A stretch of 63,650 nt of DNA, filler included, from Octopus bimaculoides (lineage: Eukaryota), in NCBI RefSeq assembly GCF_001194135.2. It is 6 parts of 6 records of this genome, joined end to end, with 100 filler letters (N's around TTAATTAATTAA, not from the genome) between each part and the next. Parts side by side here need not be neighbours in the genome. Positions count along the whole stretch, not along the records: positions 29,948 to 50,058 come from NC_068981.1; positions 50,159 to 51,748 come from NC_069000.1; positions 51,849 to 56,447 come from NC_069001.1; 3 more parts are not named here. One strand, written 5' to 3'. Made by a program: the position numbers and the translations under genes. The notes under the pieces are model-generated. The model did not search any database and was not told where the DNA came from. It saw nothing but the letters and a program-made list of their open reading frames with translations. Shown piece by piece: positions 39,901-52,118 of this stretch (the stretch's first letter is position 1; each line of letters opens with the position of its first letter).

Positions 39901-40612
39901 ATGTTTATATCTTTTATTATATATTGTTATAGAGTTACATTCAATCTAGAATAACGTGTTATACCCAAAAACACTAATTCCTGCCGTAGATTGTAACTAA
40001 AAATCTGTGAACATGTAGTGTACTACCTTAATTACTTGGCCATTTTGCTTAGTTTTGAAATGTACAACAGCAGTGTTCGTTAACTTCCCTCTTTTTTATT
40101 GCATATGTTTAATCAACAGCTTTCTAGGAGTTGGGAATCAAATACCAGACTTATTACTCATGCAGCATGGCTGTGGGTTTGATAAGTTTGCTCCTAGCCA
40201 CACAGCTCTAAGTTTGATTCCATTGCATATTACCTTAAGCAAGAGTCTTCTACTATAATTTTAGGCTGACAAATACCTTTTGAGTGGAGTTTCATATACA
40301 GGGTGTTTGCAGCTTGATGATAGGTAATGATTTTTTTTGTCTTTTGGTTTTTTTGGCAGCAATGGGTTATGATGTAAGTGTGGCTTTTGTTAATTGCATA
40401 GCAACAAGTGGATTTTCATTATCTTATATGTAGAATAATTTACTTACACTATACTTGCTTTAAATTTTAAATGTTTATAGATTTTAGGTGTATATGTTAG
40501 TTTAAATGCTATATATATATATATATTTTTATTCTATAAGCTTGTGTAGTTAGAGTTGTTCCTAGACAACAGGGATGTTGTTGATTAGATGAATAATTTA
40601 TAATTGATCTCA

Positions 40613-40832
40613 TTAAGGCAGGGAGCTGGCAGAAACATTAGCATGCCAGGCAAAATGCTTATCAGTATTTCATCTGTCTTTATGTTCGAAGTTCAAATCC
40701 CACTAAGATCAACTTTGTCTTTCACCCCTTTTGAGGTTGATAAGTTAAGTACCAGTTGCATACTGGGCTTGATCTAATCAACTGGCCCTCTCCCAAAAAA
40801 TTTTGGGACTTGTGCCTAGAGTAGAAAAGATT
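40613..40832 (+). mobile_element. SINE family B
   Basis: Similar to 37313-37544 but with CpGs decayed to TG/CA. Confidence 0.8.
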
Positions 40833-41249
40833 ATTCAATCTCTTTGTAATTAGGACATTTTATTGATGGTTTTTGTTTTAGATAGTTTTTGCCAGGTCTA
40901 TATTATTTTATACTGTATTTTTTTTATTATTTTAATTTAATTCTAATTTTATTTCAATCTATTTTACTTTTATTACAATTTATTCGGTTAATTTATTTTA
41001 TAATATTGTGCACATATATTTTATAGATATTGAGCTGTGCTTGTATTTTTTCCTTGTACATCGTTTGAGGACATTGGTTAAAGTATATACCATTCCACTA
41101 GTATATATTAGGTTTGTTTTGGATGTGGTTTCATGTTTACAGTATGATATAGATTTAAGTCTAAATGGTTTCATTTCTAGGTTTGCTGTTCCTTGGGTTG
41201 TCATGCTAGGCATCAGGGTTGATGCATTTTTGCGAGTAAGTTTTTTGTT

Positions 41250-41950
41250 TTATAGACATTGTTTCATAACTATAAGTTAATATTAATTTATTTAATTTGG
41301 TGTTGTTGCTTGCAGTGATAAGCAGGTGTTGGTGTAATGGACATACTACTGTTTTGCTCCTGCAGTGTTTATGCTTTTAACATTGTTGACATCGCTGGAT
41401 TGAGTGGTACTGCCTAGGTGTCAAAATCATAGTGGTATCTGTTTGTCAGTTGATGATGGGAATGTATATTTGATATGATTATTTGTGAATTTAGGTCTTA
41501 AGTCCGCATTATTCTGAGTTGTCCTTCATTCTTGTAAAGTTGAAAGTGTTTGTGGATTCATGGCTTAAGATGATTACAGATTCACTTCATAGATAATCCT
41601 TCTAGGCTTTGATAATACCTGGATAAGAGTGTCTAGTTTTGGAGGGTTCTGTGGCACACACATATGTTATTAGTTGCTAATTCTCCTCTTTGCTCTCTCT
41701 CCTGCCAACTGGATCCCTACCTTTTTCAGGGAGATTCTTGGCTTGCTGCTTTTGAGAAAAGTTGTCCTATTTCTCACAGACCTAAAAAACTTATACACAC
41801 ATAATGTGGGTGTGTACAGGCAGAGCTGTGTGAATATTGTGTTTTCTTCAAGACCAAATGGCTTTGGACTCTATCCCACTCTGTGGCACCTCAGTAAGAG
41901 GCCATTGTAATGTTTACACTCCATGTGTTTACACATGACACTGCTTAACC
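41250..41950 (-). mobile_element. Possible decayed Penelope-like N-terminal region
   Basis: Faint motifs (LLRC..PK; L.PKF) only. Confidence 0.25.
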
Positions 41951-42492
41951 AAAACAAAAACATGAGATGTCATGGTTACATTCTCTGTAAACAATGTTCT
42001 GGAGCTCTGTACTTGTGATGAGCAATGAGATACTAGAAAACAGATCAGGTGACAAGAAATGCATCCAGCTGTAAAATACTGTCTGAAAAATGTCTTTGTT
42101 GAATGCAGCCAGCATGAAAAAGTAGATGCATGAATGTTTGTTTGTGCATATGTGCATGGTTATATCTTGTATTATATTTTGGTGAAGGGTGTAAACAGTG
42201 AGCAAAAAGAAAGGCTTTCAATCAAAGTTGACTGAATTACAGATGCTTACTTGTCACACTCACCATCATAAAAACTGACTCATTGGAAGTCTGTAACCAA
42301 TAATGCTATTATGTGCTGTGACATAAAATAAATAAGCCAAGGTGCAATTTGATCCTGGGTTGAACCATTTCACTTCTCTTGTTCCTCAAATCTGTGACAT
42401 CTGGCAGTAATCAATTAGCTAAAAGAAAGATAGGTTCTATCAAGCTAGCTTTCAACCAAACACAATTAAGATGACAAATTCTTAAATAGAGA

Positions 42493-42498
42493 TTTATT
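42493..42498 (-). promoter_or_regulatory. Candidate AATAAA poly(A) signal for PIBF1
   Basis: AATAAA ~420 nt downstream of the stop on the minus strand; common by chance in AT-rich DNA. Confidence 0.3.
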
Positions 42499-42916
42499 TT
42501 CCTTCGTTGTTAGACTGCCATGATGAGTCACTTCAATTACATCAAAAATTATAGCTTAGAAAATATGAACTTTACTAGGCTGATGTACCTAGAAAGACTT
42601 CTTTCAGAGTACTCCTACCACCTCTTTAAATGTTTCATTTTTTTCCCGTGGGCTGAAAAAGTAGTACATTGTCTTAAAACTTAAATAATTGCATTTATAT
42701 GTAAATTTATATAAAATATACAAAAATATAAACACCAATTGATCTTACAGACTCTCATAGCTATTTTAAAGATATAAATACTTCTCAACAAAACATTTTC
42801 ATAAATTGAAGTCACTAAGCAGCACATTAAATACAATAGATATTGATATCAAACTTAGAATATTATCCTCATCTACTAGGGACATAACAACACATGGTAA
42901 ACTGATATTGCATAAG

Positions 42917-44089
42917 TCATGCCTGAGTAAATGAAATACCACTTTCTATCAAAGTCTCAATTCCACCAGATTTACCAGAAGATATCTTCATCAGAACCTG
43001 CTTCATTAGAGAGATTTCAGCCTGGTGATGGAGCAAACGATCTAAATCTTGTGACAGTTGATTTTGTGTGGCTAAAAGTCGGTTTTGTTCAGTTTTCAGG
43101 ATCTCATTCTGTTTCAATGCATTATCAAGCTCAGCTTTTTGTGTTTTTAACATATTGTCTCGATTTTTAAGGGTTTCAACAAGGTAGCTTTGTGGCTGCT
43201 GTGAAGCATGAATTAGGTCTTTAGAAGACTTTAACTCTTCAGTTATTTGTTGAACACATTTCTTCTCAGCTTCAAGATCATGTTGAAGTGATGTATTGAC
43301 CCGTTCAAGATTTAAAACTCTTCGCGCCAAGTCTATACTCTGTTTCAGTCGACGCTTTGCATTTGTTGGTACATTGGCACCATAGCCATAAGCAAAGAGA
43401 ACTTTCTCAGCATTTTCTTGATCAGTTAACTCAGCAGCTTGCAAAACAACTTCGTCCAACTCTTTTTCAAGCTTCTCATAAGAATCTAAACGTATATTCT
43501 TAGACACTAGTTCTGAATTCAGCTCAGTAATAGTCTTTTCTTTCATGTTTTCCATTGCATAGTACTCTTTCAATAAGACATCATACTTTGCTTCCATTTT
43601 TTCCAGGTCTAACTGACACTGTTTCAAATTTTTACAAGTTTCTTCAAAGACCAAATTACCTCGTTCTGCTTCAAAACTTTTTAGTTTAACTTCACTTTGT
43701 AAATCTAACAATCTCCCATCACCAGAAGTCTGTAAGGTTCGGAATTCATTCATAAGCTGGTCATATTTATCTTGAATTTCTTGACATTTTAACTCAAATT
43801 TGTCTTTCTCCATCACTGCAAAGTCACGGGCTTCACGTAAGTTTCGATTTTCTCGATCATACATTTCTTTAGTTGATGTTCGAAGTTTTTCAATTTCCAT
43901 ATTTGTCTTCGATTGAATTTTTGCTAATTCTTCCTTGAGACGAGTTTCATAGTCAGACTTGTAATGGTCACGGGAAGAAATATATTTCTCATACATCTCC
44001 TCCCGAGATTTTTTAGCATCTTCTAACTGTAGGTTGGTCTCTTGCACTTTCTCTCCTATCAAAGTACATCGATTAGTCAGCTCATTCAC
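42917..44089 (-). CDS. PIBF1: PIBF1/CEP90 (progesterone-induced blocking factor 1), coding exon for the C-terminal ~390 aa
   Basis: Uninterrupted ORF with PIBF1 hallmark strings REEMYEKY.SSRDHYK..YE, EMY.RENRNLREARD, KLKSFE.ER, YEKLEKELDE, VLF.YGYGANVPT.AKRRLKQS..LARRVL.LE (compared with human PIBF1 from memory). Acceptor tttatttcttctattatttttaag|GTG at 44090/44089; the ORF-track start MFISSIIFK is intronic. Confidence 0.95.
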   Translation of the reverse strand: MNELTNRCTLIGEKVQETNLQLEDAKKSREEMYEKYISSRDHYKSDYETRLKEELAKIQSKTNMEIEKLRTSTKEMYDRENRNLREARDFAVMEKDKFELKCQEIQDKYDQLMNEFRTLQTSGDGRLLDLQSEVKLKSFEAERGNLVFEETCKNLKQCQLDLEKMEAKYDVLLKEYYAMENMKEKTITELNSELVSKNIRLDSYEKLEKELDEVVLQAAELTDQENAEKVLFAYGYGANVPTNAKRRLKQSIDLARRVLNLERVNTSLQHDLEAEKKCVQQITEELKSSKDLIHASQQPQSYLVETLKNRDNMLKTQKAELDNALKQNEILKTEQNRLLATQNQLSQDLDRLLHHQAEISLMKQVLMKISSGKSGGIETLIESGISFTQA

Positions 44090-44559
44090 CTTAAAAATAA
44101 TAGAAGAAATAAACAATCCTGTAACAATAGTAATAATAATAACACATATCTACAGGCTTAAGTAAACAATCGTATAGGTTTGCTGCTAGTTACTGGCAAA
44201 TATAAACAATTGTATATCATTCTTAAGATATGAAAACTTTAGACAAAGCTTAGTTTAGGAATCATAACTACTGTCTACTCAGAGAGTACTAGAGGACAAT
44301 ACATCAATACTAAGTAGAATTTCACATAAAATTAAATGATTAATGATGGAAGAGTTACAATGCAGCGCAAAACTAAAATATACTCAGAAAAGATACACAT
44401 ACATTACATACTAAATACTAGCAATCAAATTTCTTACAATTAAATTTCTGATAAAGTCTATACAGGTTCTGGTTATAAAACCTACAGAAATCACAGTTAC
44501 ACATACCAACAGCACATTACAAACTGAAGATGAGACTGAAAGTTTAGAAATAGATTATT

Positions 44560-45200
44560 GTTTCAAATGAATTGCAAGAAACTCATACAAAATATGGAAA
44601 ATTCTTAATAAAAATGCTGTAACTGGCTGAAGAAAGAAGGTAATCCACTGTTTGACATTTCTATGGGGAACTACAATGTGGTTGAGATTGCTGACCTCAT
44701 CAGATTATTTATCTTGGATACCCTCAAGAAACACACACACCCACACAGGTCAGCTATTTACAGGGACTCTGTCCTAGAAATCTGAAGCTATATGAATGAT
44801 TACTTCAAGGACAACTTTAGGAAGGATCTAATTTCAGGCATTAACAGAAGAACATCTAGGCTTTCAGTCGATAGGGAGATCTTCAACAAGACTTCCTTCA
44901 CCCCCACCCCACCACTACAAAGATGCATTGGTGAGAAGTAGATTTTCCAAGAAGTTAACATATATGGAAGACTCCCAACATACACCCTGCACCTGAAGAG
45001 AACTAGAAAGAGAAAGATAATCTAGTTCAACACTCCATTAACCTAGAACTTAGCTAGGAGCTGCCTGTCATTGGTTAAGAAACACTTCCCTAGGGACCAT
45101 CATCAACAGGGCTCTACCTTAATCACTCAGTCCCTAAAATTGCCAGCTCTGTCTCTGCAAAAGACTGCATATTCTCCACCAACCTGCAATATCTATCAAC
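44560..45200 (+). mobile_element. Penelope-like element (Neptune-type) RT fragment
   Basis: WLKKEGNPL-FDISMGNYNVVEIADLIRLFIL, YRDSVL (decayed YRDDGL), INRRTSRLS..IF, RTRKRKII*FNTP, LSLVKKHFP. Confidence 0.85.
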
Positions 45201-46129
45201 AGGAAATATGAACTATCTTACTGCTGCCAACAAAGATACACCCACCTGGTGAACTTCAAACCACTGGCCACCAACAAACTAGATAAAACACCTTAACATT
45301 GACTGCCCCACAACCAAGGCAGAGTTCCTAACTATCAATGCCTATGCAGAACACAGGCTGACTTTCCAACCTTATACATCCCTTGTAATACCATATACAT
45401 GAATGTGCACACATGTCATTGTCTGTATGCTTTTCCTCTCTTTCTTCTCCCTAACACAACTAAACCCCGCCCCCACCTAACACCACCAAACCTCTATCCA
45501 ATGATAAATTCCTCCCCAACCAACGTTATTGCAACAACACTAGCATAAATTAGTCAAGCTGATACACAAAATGCCAAAAGCATGCATATATATGTACATA
45601 CACATGTACACACCAGATGATGTATATATGTATATATGTACACACACATGTACACACCAGATGAAAACACACACGCGCACATACATGTTCTTTCACACAA
45701 ACATGCACAGGTTCATACATACTCACATTTGCCAATCATTTGTACGAACACACCCATACATGCATCTTAAACATGTATGTGCACATGCATATACAACAGG
45801 CCACAAATGCACAGGTATTCATACACACACACACACACAGCTGAAACATACACCCACATATTTGTGCACGTAAGTACTCACACTTAGTTTATACATACCT
45901 ATACCCATACATATAAATACTTGAGCAAACATGTACATACATACCTATGAGCTGATGCCATAAGCTCTCACCAACCTGCAAACTAGCATACCCCACACCC
46001 AACACACACACACACATGCAAAGCAGATACACGTGCATTGACATCAGACATCTACATTTACATACTTATACATTAGGTATATACACAAACACACACACAT
46101 ACCTCACCTACAAGACCCTTCAAAGACCA

Positions 46130-46340
46130 GCCAGACAGCAAGGTACCACTAGCTTCCTGTTCAGTGTATTTTACGTGCCACCTGCACAGGAGCCAGTCCA
46201 GCGGCACTGGCCACGCTCTCGCTCGAATGTCTTTACACATGCTACTGACACAAGTGCCAGGAAGGCAACGCTGGGCACTGGTGCCATCACGATTTCGCTT
46301 TCGCTTGTCCCAACAGGTCTTTGCAAGCTGAGTTTCATGT
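46130..46340. repeat. GC-rich interspersed repeat (acgtgccac..ggagccagtc..gcactggc)
   Basis: Internal near-repeats gtgcca/gcactgg; recognised by eye as a cephalopod repeat. Confidence 0.5.
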
Positions 46341-48545
46341 CCAATGAATATTTTACAAAAAAATTTCTCTTCTTCCCACAGATATAGTAGAATTTGTTTT
46401 TGTCATACAGTTCGAATTTCTTACTCTACCCTCCCTAATGTAGGTACAATCATAGCTAGGTTAAACAGAAAGAACATTAGGTTAGCTAGAATCAATGAAG
46501 TTAGGAATAGTGGATATAGTTATATGAATATAAATAATAATCTAACAAATGCCAATAGTAATATTGCTAATAATTATATAAATAGAAGTGGAAATAACAG
46601 TGACAATGGAAATTATGAGGATAATAATAATATGCTTAGTCCTGCCAACCATAATTTTAACCAACAAATAGAATGTAGCAGTATTGATGTTGAGAGTATA
46701 ATTGAAGTAGATGGTGGGCTCAACTCTAGTGAAAATAATGTGAATTATGGATCTAGTTCATATATAGAAACAGACAACATCAATATGCCTAATGTTGTGG
46801 GAATAATTAATTCTAACTGATAGCACATTAGAAAATGAGTTAGATAGTAATGGAAATGATCAAAATATACCTAATAGTAGAACTGATGATGGGATAAATA
46901 ATTGTAACAACAATAATGGAGATATTAGTAATAATAGGTGCAACTTCAGAAATAAGTCCCATTATCCATTATTAGGCCGATGTCGCACCCGTAACGTAGT
47001 TTACAAATGCATAATAAGTATGATAACAAAGAATTATATTTACGAAGGATCTAGCATTAATCTGAAACAGAGAATATATAACCACAGGTCTTCTTTTCGA
47101 CTAAAACATAAGGCAAATAAAATTTGGGAGTTAAAGGATAATGGTGTTAGTTTTAGCCTTAAATGGGAAATTATAAGAAAAGCCCAACCTTACAAAAATA
47201 GTAGATATGGATGTGAATTATGTTCTATGGAAACATGAAATTTTTAAACTTAAAAATAATCCTAACCTAATCTATACTATAAATTGCAGTGTTCTTGATT
47301 GCTTGATTGATTGATTGAGTGTCGGCAGATTCACTCGAGAACGGTGCAGTGGAATCGCGTGAAATTCAGCACAGAGCGGCAGCATGGTCCACTCATGTTC
47401 AGGAGATTTTTATTGCCCTCCAACTCCCATGGTTACCGAGATAATCGATTATTACTTTTTAAGATAGGAATATCCCATTCAAAGTGGGGAGGGGCGATTT
47501 TGTTGCCTTTCCCATGCGCGAAATTTTACGAAAAACCAGCACAATAAAGATTATTTTTTTCCAAGTAATGTGGCTGGGTTTGTTTTTCGAAAATTTTAAT
47601 NNNNNNNNNNNNNNNNNNNNNNNNNNNNNNNNNNNNNNNNNNNNNNNNNNNNNNNNNNNNNNNNNNNNNNNNNNNNNNNNNNNNNNNNNNNNNNNNNNNN
47701 NNNNNNNNNNNNNNNNNNNNNNNNNNNNNNNNNNNNNNNNNNNNNNNNNNNNNNNNNNNNNNNNNNNNNNNNNNNNNNNNNNNNNNNNNNNNNNNNNNNN
47801 NNNNNNNNNNNNNNNNNNNNNNNNNNNNNNNNNNNNNNNNNNNNNNNNNNNNNNNNNNNNNNNNNNNNNNNNNNNNNNNNNNNNNNNNNNNNNNNNNNNN
47901 NNNNNNNNNNNNNNNNNNNNNNNNNNNNNNNNNNNNNNNNNNNNNNNNNNNNNNNNNNNNNNNNNNNNNNNNNNNNNNNNNNNNNNNNNNNNNNNNNNNN
48001 NNNNNNNNNNNNNNNNNNNNNNNNNNNNNNNNNNNNNNNNNNNNNNNNNNNNNNNNNNNNNNNNNNNNNNNNNNNNNNNNNNNNNNNNNNNNNNNNNNNN
48101 NNNNNNNNNNNNNNNNNNNNNNNNNNNNNNNNNNNNNNNNNNNNNNNNNNNNNNNNNNNNNNNNNNNNNNNNNNNNNNNNNNNNNNNNNNNNNNNNNNNN
48201 NNNNNNNNNNNNNNNNNNNNGTGTTTCAAATAAGTACTGACAATTGAAGGTGATTGCAAAGACAAAGAACTACCTGTTTTTTTTTAGCAATTTTAACAGT
48301 GAGAACATTGGACAAAATATGTTATTGACATTAATAGTTTGTACCTCAGCTAATTACTGTTGAGAACTGCATAATCCATGTGTCATGTTAGAGATCTAAA
48401 AGGCATTTTCGAATTTCATTATTTTCTTTAATCCAGGCAACGCTGGATATTTCTGCTAGTTAATAATAGATTACACCTTCCTAATTAATAATAGATTAGA
48501 CCTTAGAGTATCGTGTGTACACTGCTCTACTCGCACTTTTAAATT
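46340..48545 (+). mobile_element. Penelope-like element (Neptune-type), 5'-truncated: thumb, Asn-rich linker, GIY-YIG; interrupted by a Helitron
   Basis: KNFSSSHRYSRI..TVRISYSTLPNVGTIIARLNRK; CNFRNK..PLLGRC..NVVYKC..YEGS..LKQRIYNH..IWELK..LKWEII.KAQPY..CELC; resumes after 48459 as LINNRLDLRVSCVH. Confidence 0.85.
47271..48459 (+). mobile_element. Non-autonomous Helitron with both termini
   Basis: 5' TCTATACTATAAA after an A (47270); 3' hairpin ATCCAG-GCAACG-CTGGAT (48431-48448) then CTAG (48456-48459) followed by T; no TSD; middle is a gap. Confidence 0.85.
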
Positions 48546-49902
48546 TTTTTTAAAGTAGTTAAAATTAGAAAGATGTGATATTTCAACTTCTACCATGTTC
48601 ATTTTGGGCTATTTATTTGCACATATTTAAATTTGAAATTGAACCTTTATAACAACATATATTTCTTATCTCTTACCTTAACATACAATCTTCTTATGAT
48701 AACTAAGATTTCAACTTTATCCATGGATGGTATATTTTTTCACACTACTTCTGCTACTGCTGTTAGTTCTTAGTATGTATCTTAATTATTTTTACCCTAT
48801 GTAGCTTATAAGAATAGGAGGTTTTGTAAGTTCTTATTGTTTTTAATTAGTTCTCAAACCTTAAAAATTTTATATTTTATTTTATTCAATGCTTGACTCT
48901 AAAAGGATCCTTATTATTATTACATTATTTCAGGGCTTGTATTGGTAGTGTCATGTTTATTCTATATTTTGACTTAAATAAATCAAATCTTTGTTCCATT
49001 AATATTCTGTAATTAGCCCATGTTAGTTTTAAAACAAGTTCTTGACTATATAAGATAATATAATTAAACTAGTATATAATTATCATGTTCTCTATTAGAT
49101 GTCTTGGATTAGTATTGAATTCTATGTTAATTCCGACCACTCTTTTTATTAGTTCCTTAAACCTTGATAAACCCATTATTATAAATTATGTAAATCATAT
49201 ATTAATTCTTTACATTATAAAAATAAATTTTATCTCTTATGTGTCTTTCAAATAATATTAGATATATTAGCTTAAATTTTAAATTTTAAAATAATTTTTA
49301 AAATAATTCAAAATAGTTTCTTTAGTCCAATATATATAAAATTCTTAAACTTCACACCTTATTTATAGCCTTTAAATTCAAAATTGACACTACTTCAGGG
49401 TTTTTGTATGAACTAATTACATTTTTATTATTAACATATTAATTAAGTTAATATTGATATCTATAAGTTTTCCATACTTAGTATATGTAAAACAACACTG
49501 ATACATTATTCAGACTAACGAAAAAGCCCTGTTGACCTAGATGCTTAATGTTAAATTTCCCCTACATTATGATAGCAGTAAAAAAAAACCAACCTAAAAT
49601 TGTGTTGCCACTATGACCAGAGAAATCTTTATAACCATATCCGTGTATAATGCTTATACACCTTCCCTTTCCTTATAAGTGTAAGGTTGATTGCCCCCTT
49701 AAACTTTAAATCACTAGATAAGAGACAACTAAAATCAGAGACAGTTAGAATTCTACCTAGAATTAATTACTAGCCTGCTAGCCTTGGCTATGTCAAGATG
49801 TTTTTTTTTATGTATTCTTCTTTCCCACTTAGATTTTAAATGTTGTCACAATAGTAATATGTCCATTGTGCTGTAATTTTCAGTAAATTTTCTATATCCT
49901 TG

Positions 49903-49990
49903 TGCAGCTGAAGATTGCTCTGCATTTTGCATTTAATGTAATGCTCGCATTACTTAAATAAATGGAGTAGCATGAAACGTGCATTCTGCA
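49903..49990 (+). ncRNA. Candidate minimal type I hammerhead ribozyme (PLE-associated, partly decayed)
   Basis: Stem I TGCAG/CTGCA, core CTGAAGA (49908), long stem II hairpin, GAAA (49974), short helix III, cleavage triplet ATT. Confidence 0.6.
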
Positions 49991-50158
49991 ATAACCTTTA
50001 AAATCCGTGTTGCTTTTATATATATATATATATATATAGAAAAAAATTAAGGTACTCANNNNNNNNNNNNNNNNNNNNNNNNNNNNNNNNNNNNNNNNNN
50101 NNTTAATTAATTAANNNNNNNNNNNNNNNNNNNNNNNNNNNNNNNNNNNNNNNNNNNN

Positions 50159-50228
<70 letters not shown>

Positions 50229-51371
50229 TCACACATATATAGATATAAACGTATGATGGGGATGCCGGTATGCGATATACAAAACCATTGGGTTTCGGGG
50301 TTTGTCAATTGTTTCCATATTAATCTCCAATAATCTACGCATTATGAATGCAATAATCACACCGGAGAGTTGACTAAAATGTTATTCTAGCTCATTTTAT
50401 ATAATCAGAAACGCAGAAAACATTTTTGGTATAACTAGTACACACCTGTTTCAGTGTGACGGCAGGGTTCGTATGTATGCAAGACTTCTTCTGGTTCGTA
50501 ATAGTCTGGCAGTGTAATCCAGCAAAAATCAAATTCATTTCTCAAACAGAGAAAAATAAAATACCAACATAACAAATTTTAAATGCCTCACTACACGTCA
50601 ATATCCTACCCGCATTCCACCCGTCACTATTCAAATACGATCACACCCCAACACCTTCTCACTTCTGACTTTCACCATTTTTTTTTCTGTCTTCGAGACA
50701 TTGGCGGCATTTTCATTATAATTGATATTTTCCATTTGACATAGATATTTGAAGATTTTGTATATGTCTCTAAAATATATTGTTTTTATTTCCCCTCCTC
50801 CTAGTATTTATATTTGTTGCTTCTTATATTTAACAACTCAACACTTTGCCATATATTAGTCCTCAACAGCAATATGTACACACAAAAAAATATATATATA
50901 TATATATTCATAAGATTCACAGAACCTAATATTGTTATATTTATTACTCACGAATTCTTTTATTTATATTTCGAAAATTATGTTTTTAATAACATTTTTT
51001 AAAGAAAATATATTTTGTTTTCTTTTGCCTAATATTATTTCTTAATGGCTGTTTTCTTTTTCGTTTCTCGGCGAATTTGAATAAAATAAAAATAACACTA
51101 TTATGTAGAGAAATTATCTGTAAAAATATAAAACAAAACATAATTCATGAAAGAAAGAATTTAAATAAAAAAACCATTGTTTGGTTAAAGTTTGTTGTGT
51201 TTATTAAAGTTTCCGATTTATAATGTGGCATTTGGCATTAAGTTAAATTAAATTATGACTTGAAGCTTTCAATGGCTGAAGATGTAAACAATTCTGAAGC
51301 AAAAACACCAAAAAAACGCCAAAAGATTTGGTGATGAGGAATGTATGAAGGTATGAGCAGTGGTGATGAAG

Positions 51372-51580
51372 AGAGAAGGAAAGTGAAAGAGAGAGAGACA
51401 GAGAGAAGAGAGAGAGAGAGACAGAGAGAAGAGAGAGAGAGAGACAGAGAGAAGAGAGAGAGACAGACAGAGAGAAGAGAGAGAGAGAGACAGAGAGAAG
51501 AGAGAGAGAGAGACAGAGAGAAGAGAGAGAGAGACAGAGAGAAGAGAGAGAGAGAGACAGAGAGAAGAGAGATAGAGAGA
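51372..51580. repeat. Compound (GA)n minisatellite, unit ~gagagagagacagagagaa
   Basis: Direct reading. Confidence 0.9.
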
Positions 51581-51625
51581 TAATGATGGTGAGCAATAAA
51601 GACTGAAAGATAGATAAATAAATAC

Positions 51626-51662
<37 letters not shown>

Positions 51663-51891
51663 TAGATAGATACATTTCTTTTATTAGCCACACAGGGCTC
51701 AACGAAGATGGGACAAATACAATGTAGAGCTTTTCTTTTTGGAATGGGNNNNNNNNNNNNNNNNNNNNNNNNNNNNNNNNNNNNNNNNNNNNTTAATTAA
51801 TTAANNNNNNNNNNNNNNNNNNNNNNNNNNNNNNNNNNNNNNNNNNNNATATATATCCTCACTTTGTTGTTTTTTTGTTATTGTTTTTTTG

Positions 51892-51953
<62 letters not shown>

Positions 51954-52069
51954 GTGGGAGAGAGAGGTGGGAGAGAAAGAGAGATACAGGTAGATAGACA
52001 TATATTTATATATTCATATGTATACATATATATTCAGATATATATATATATACACATAAGCATGTCTGC

Positions 52070-52118
<49 letters not shown>

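Noticed and set aside
50660-50710. Minus-strand MSRRQKKK as a possible PIBF1 start
   Set aside because: Stops after nine codons; shifting the A-run gives no PIBF1-like sequence
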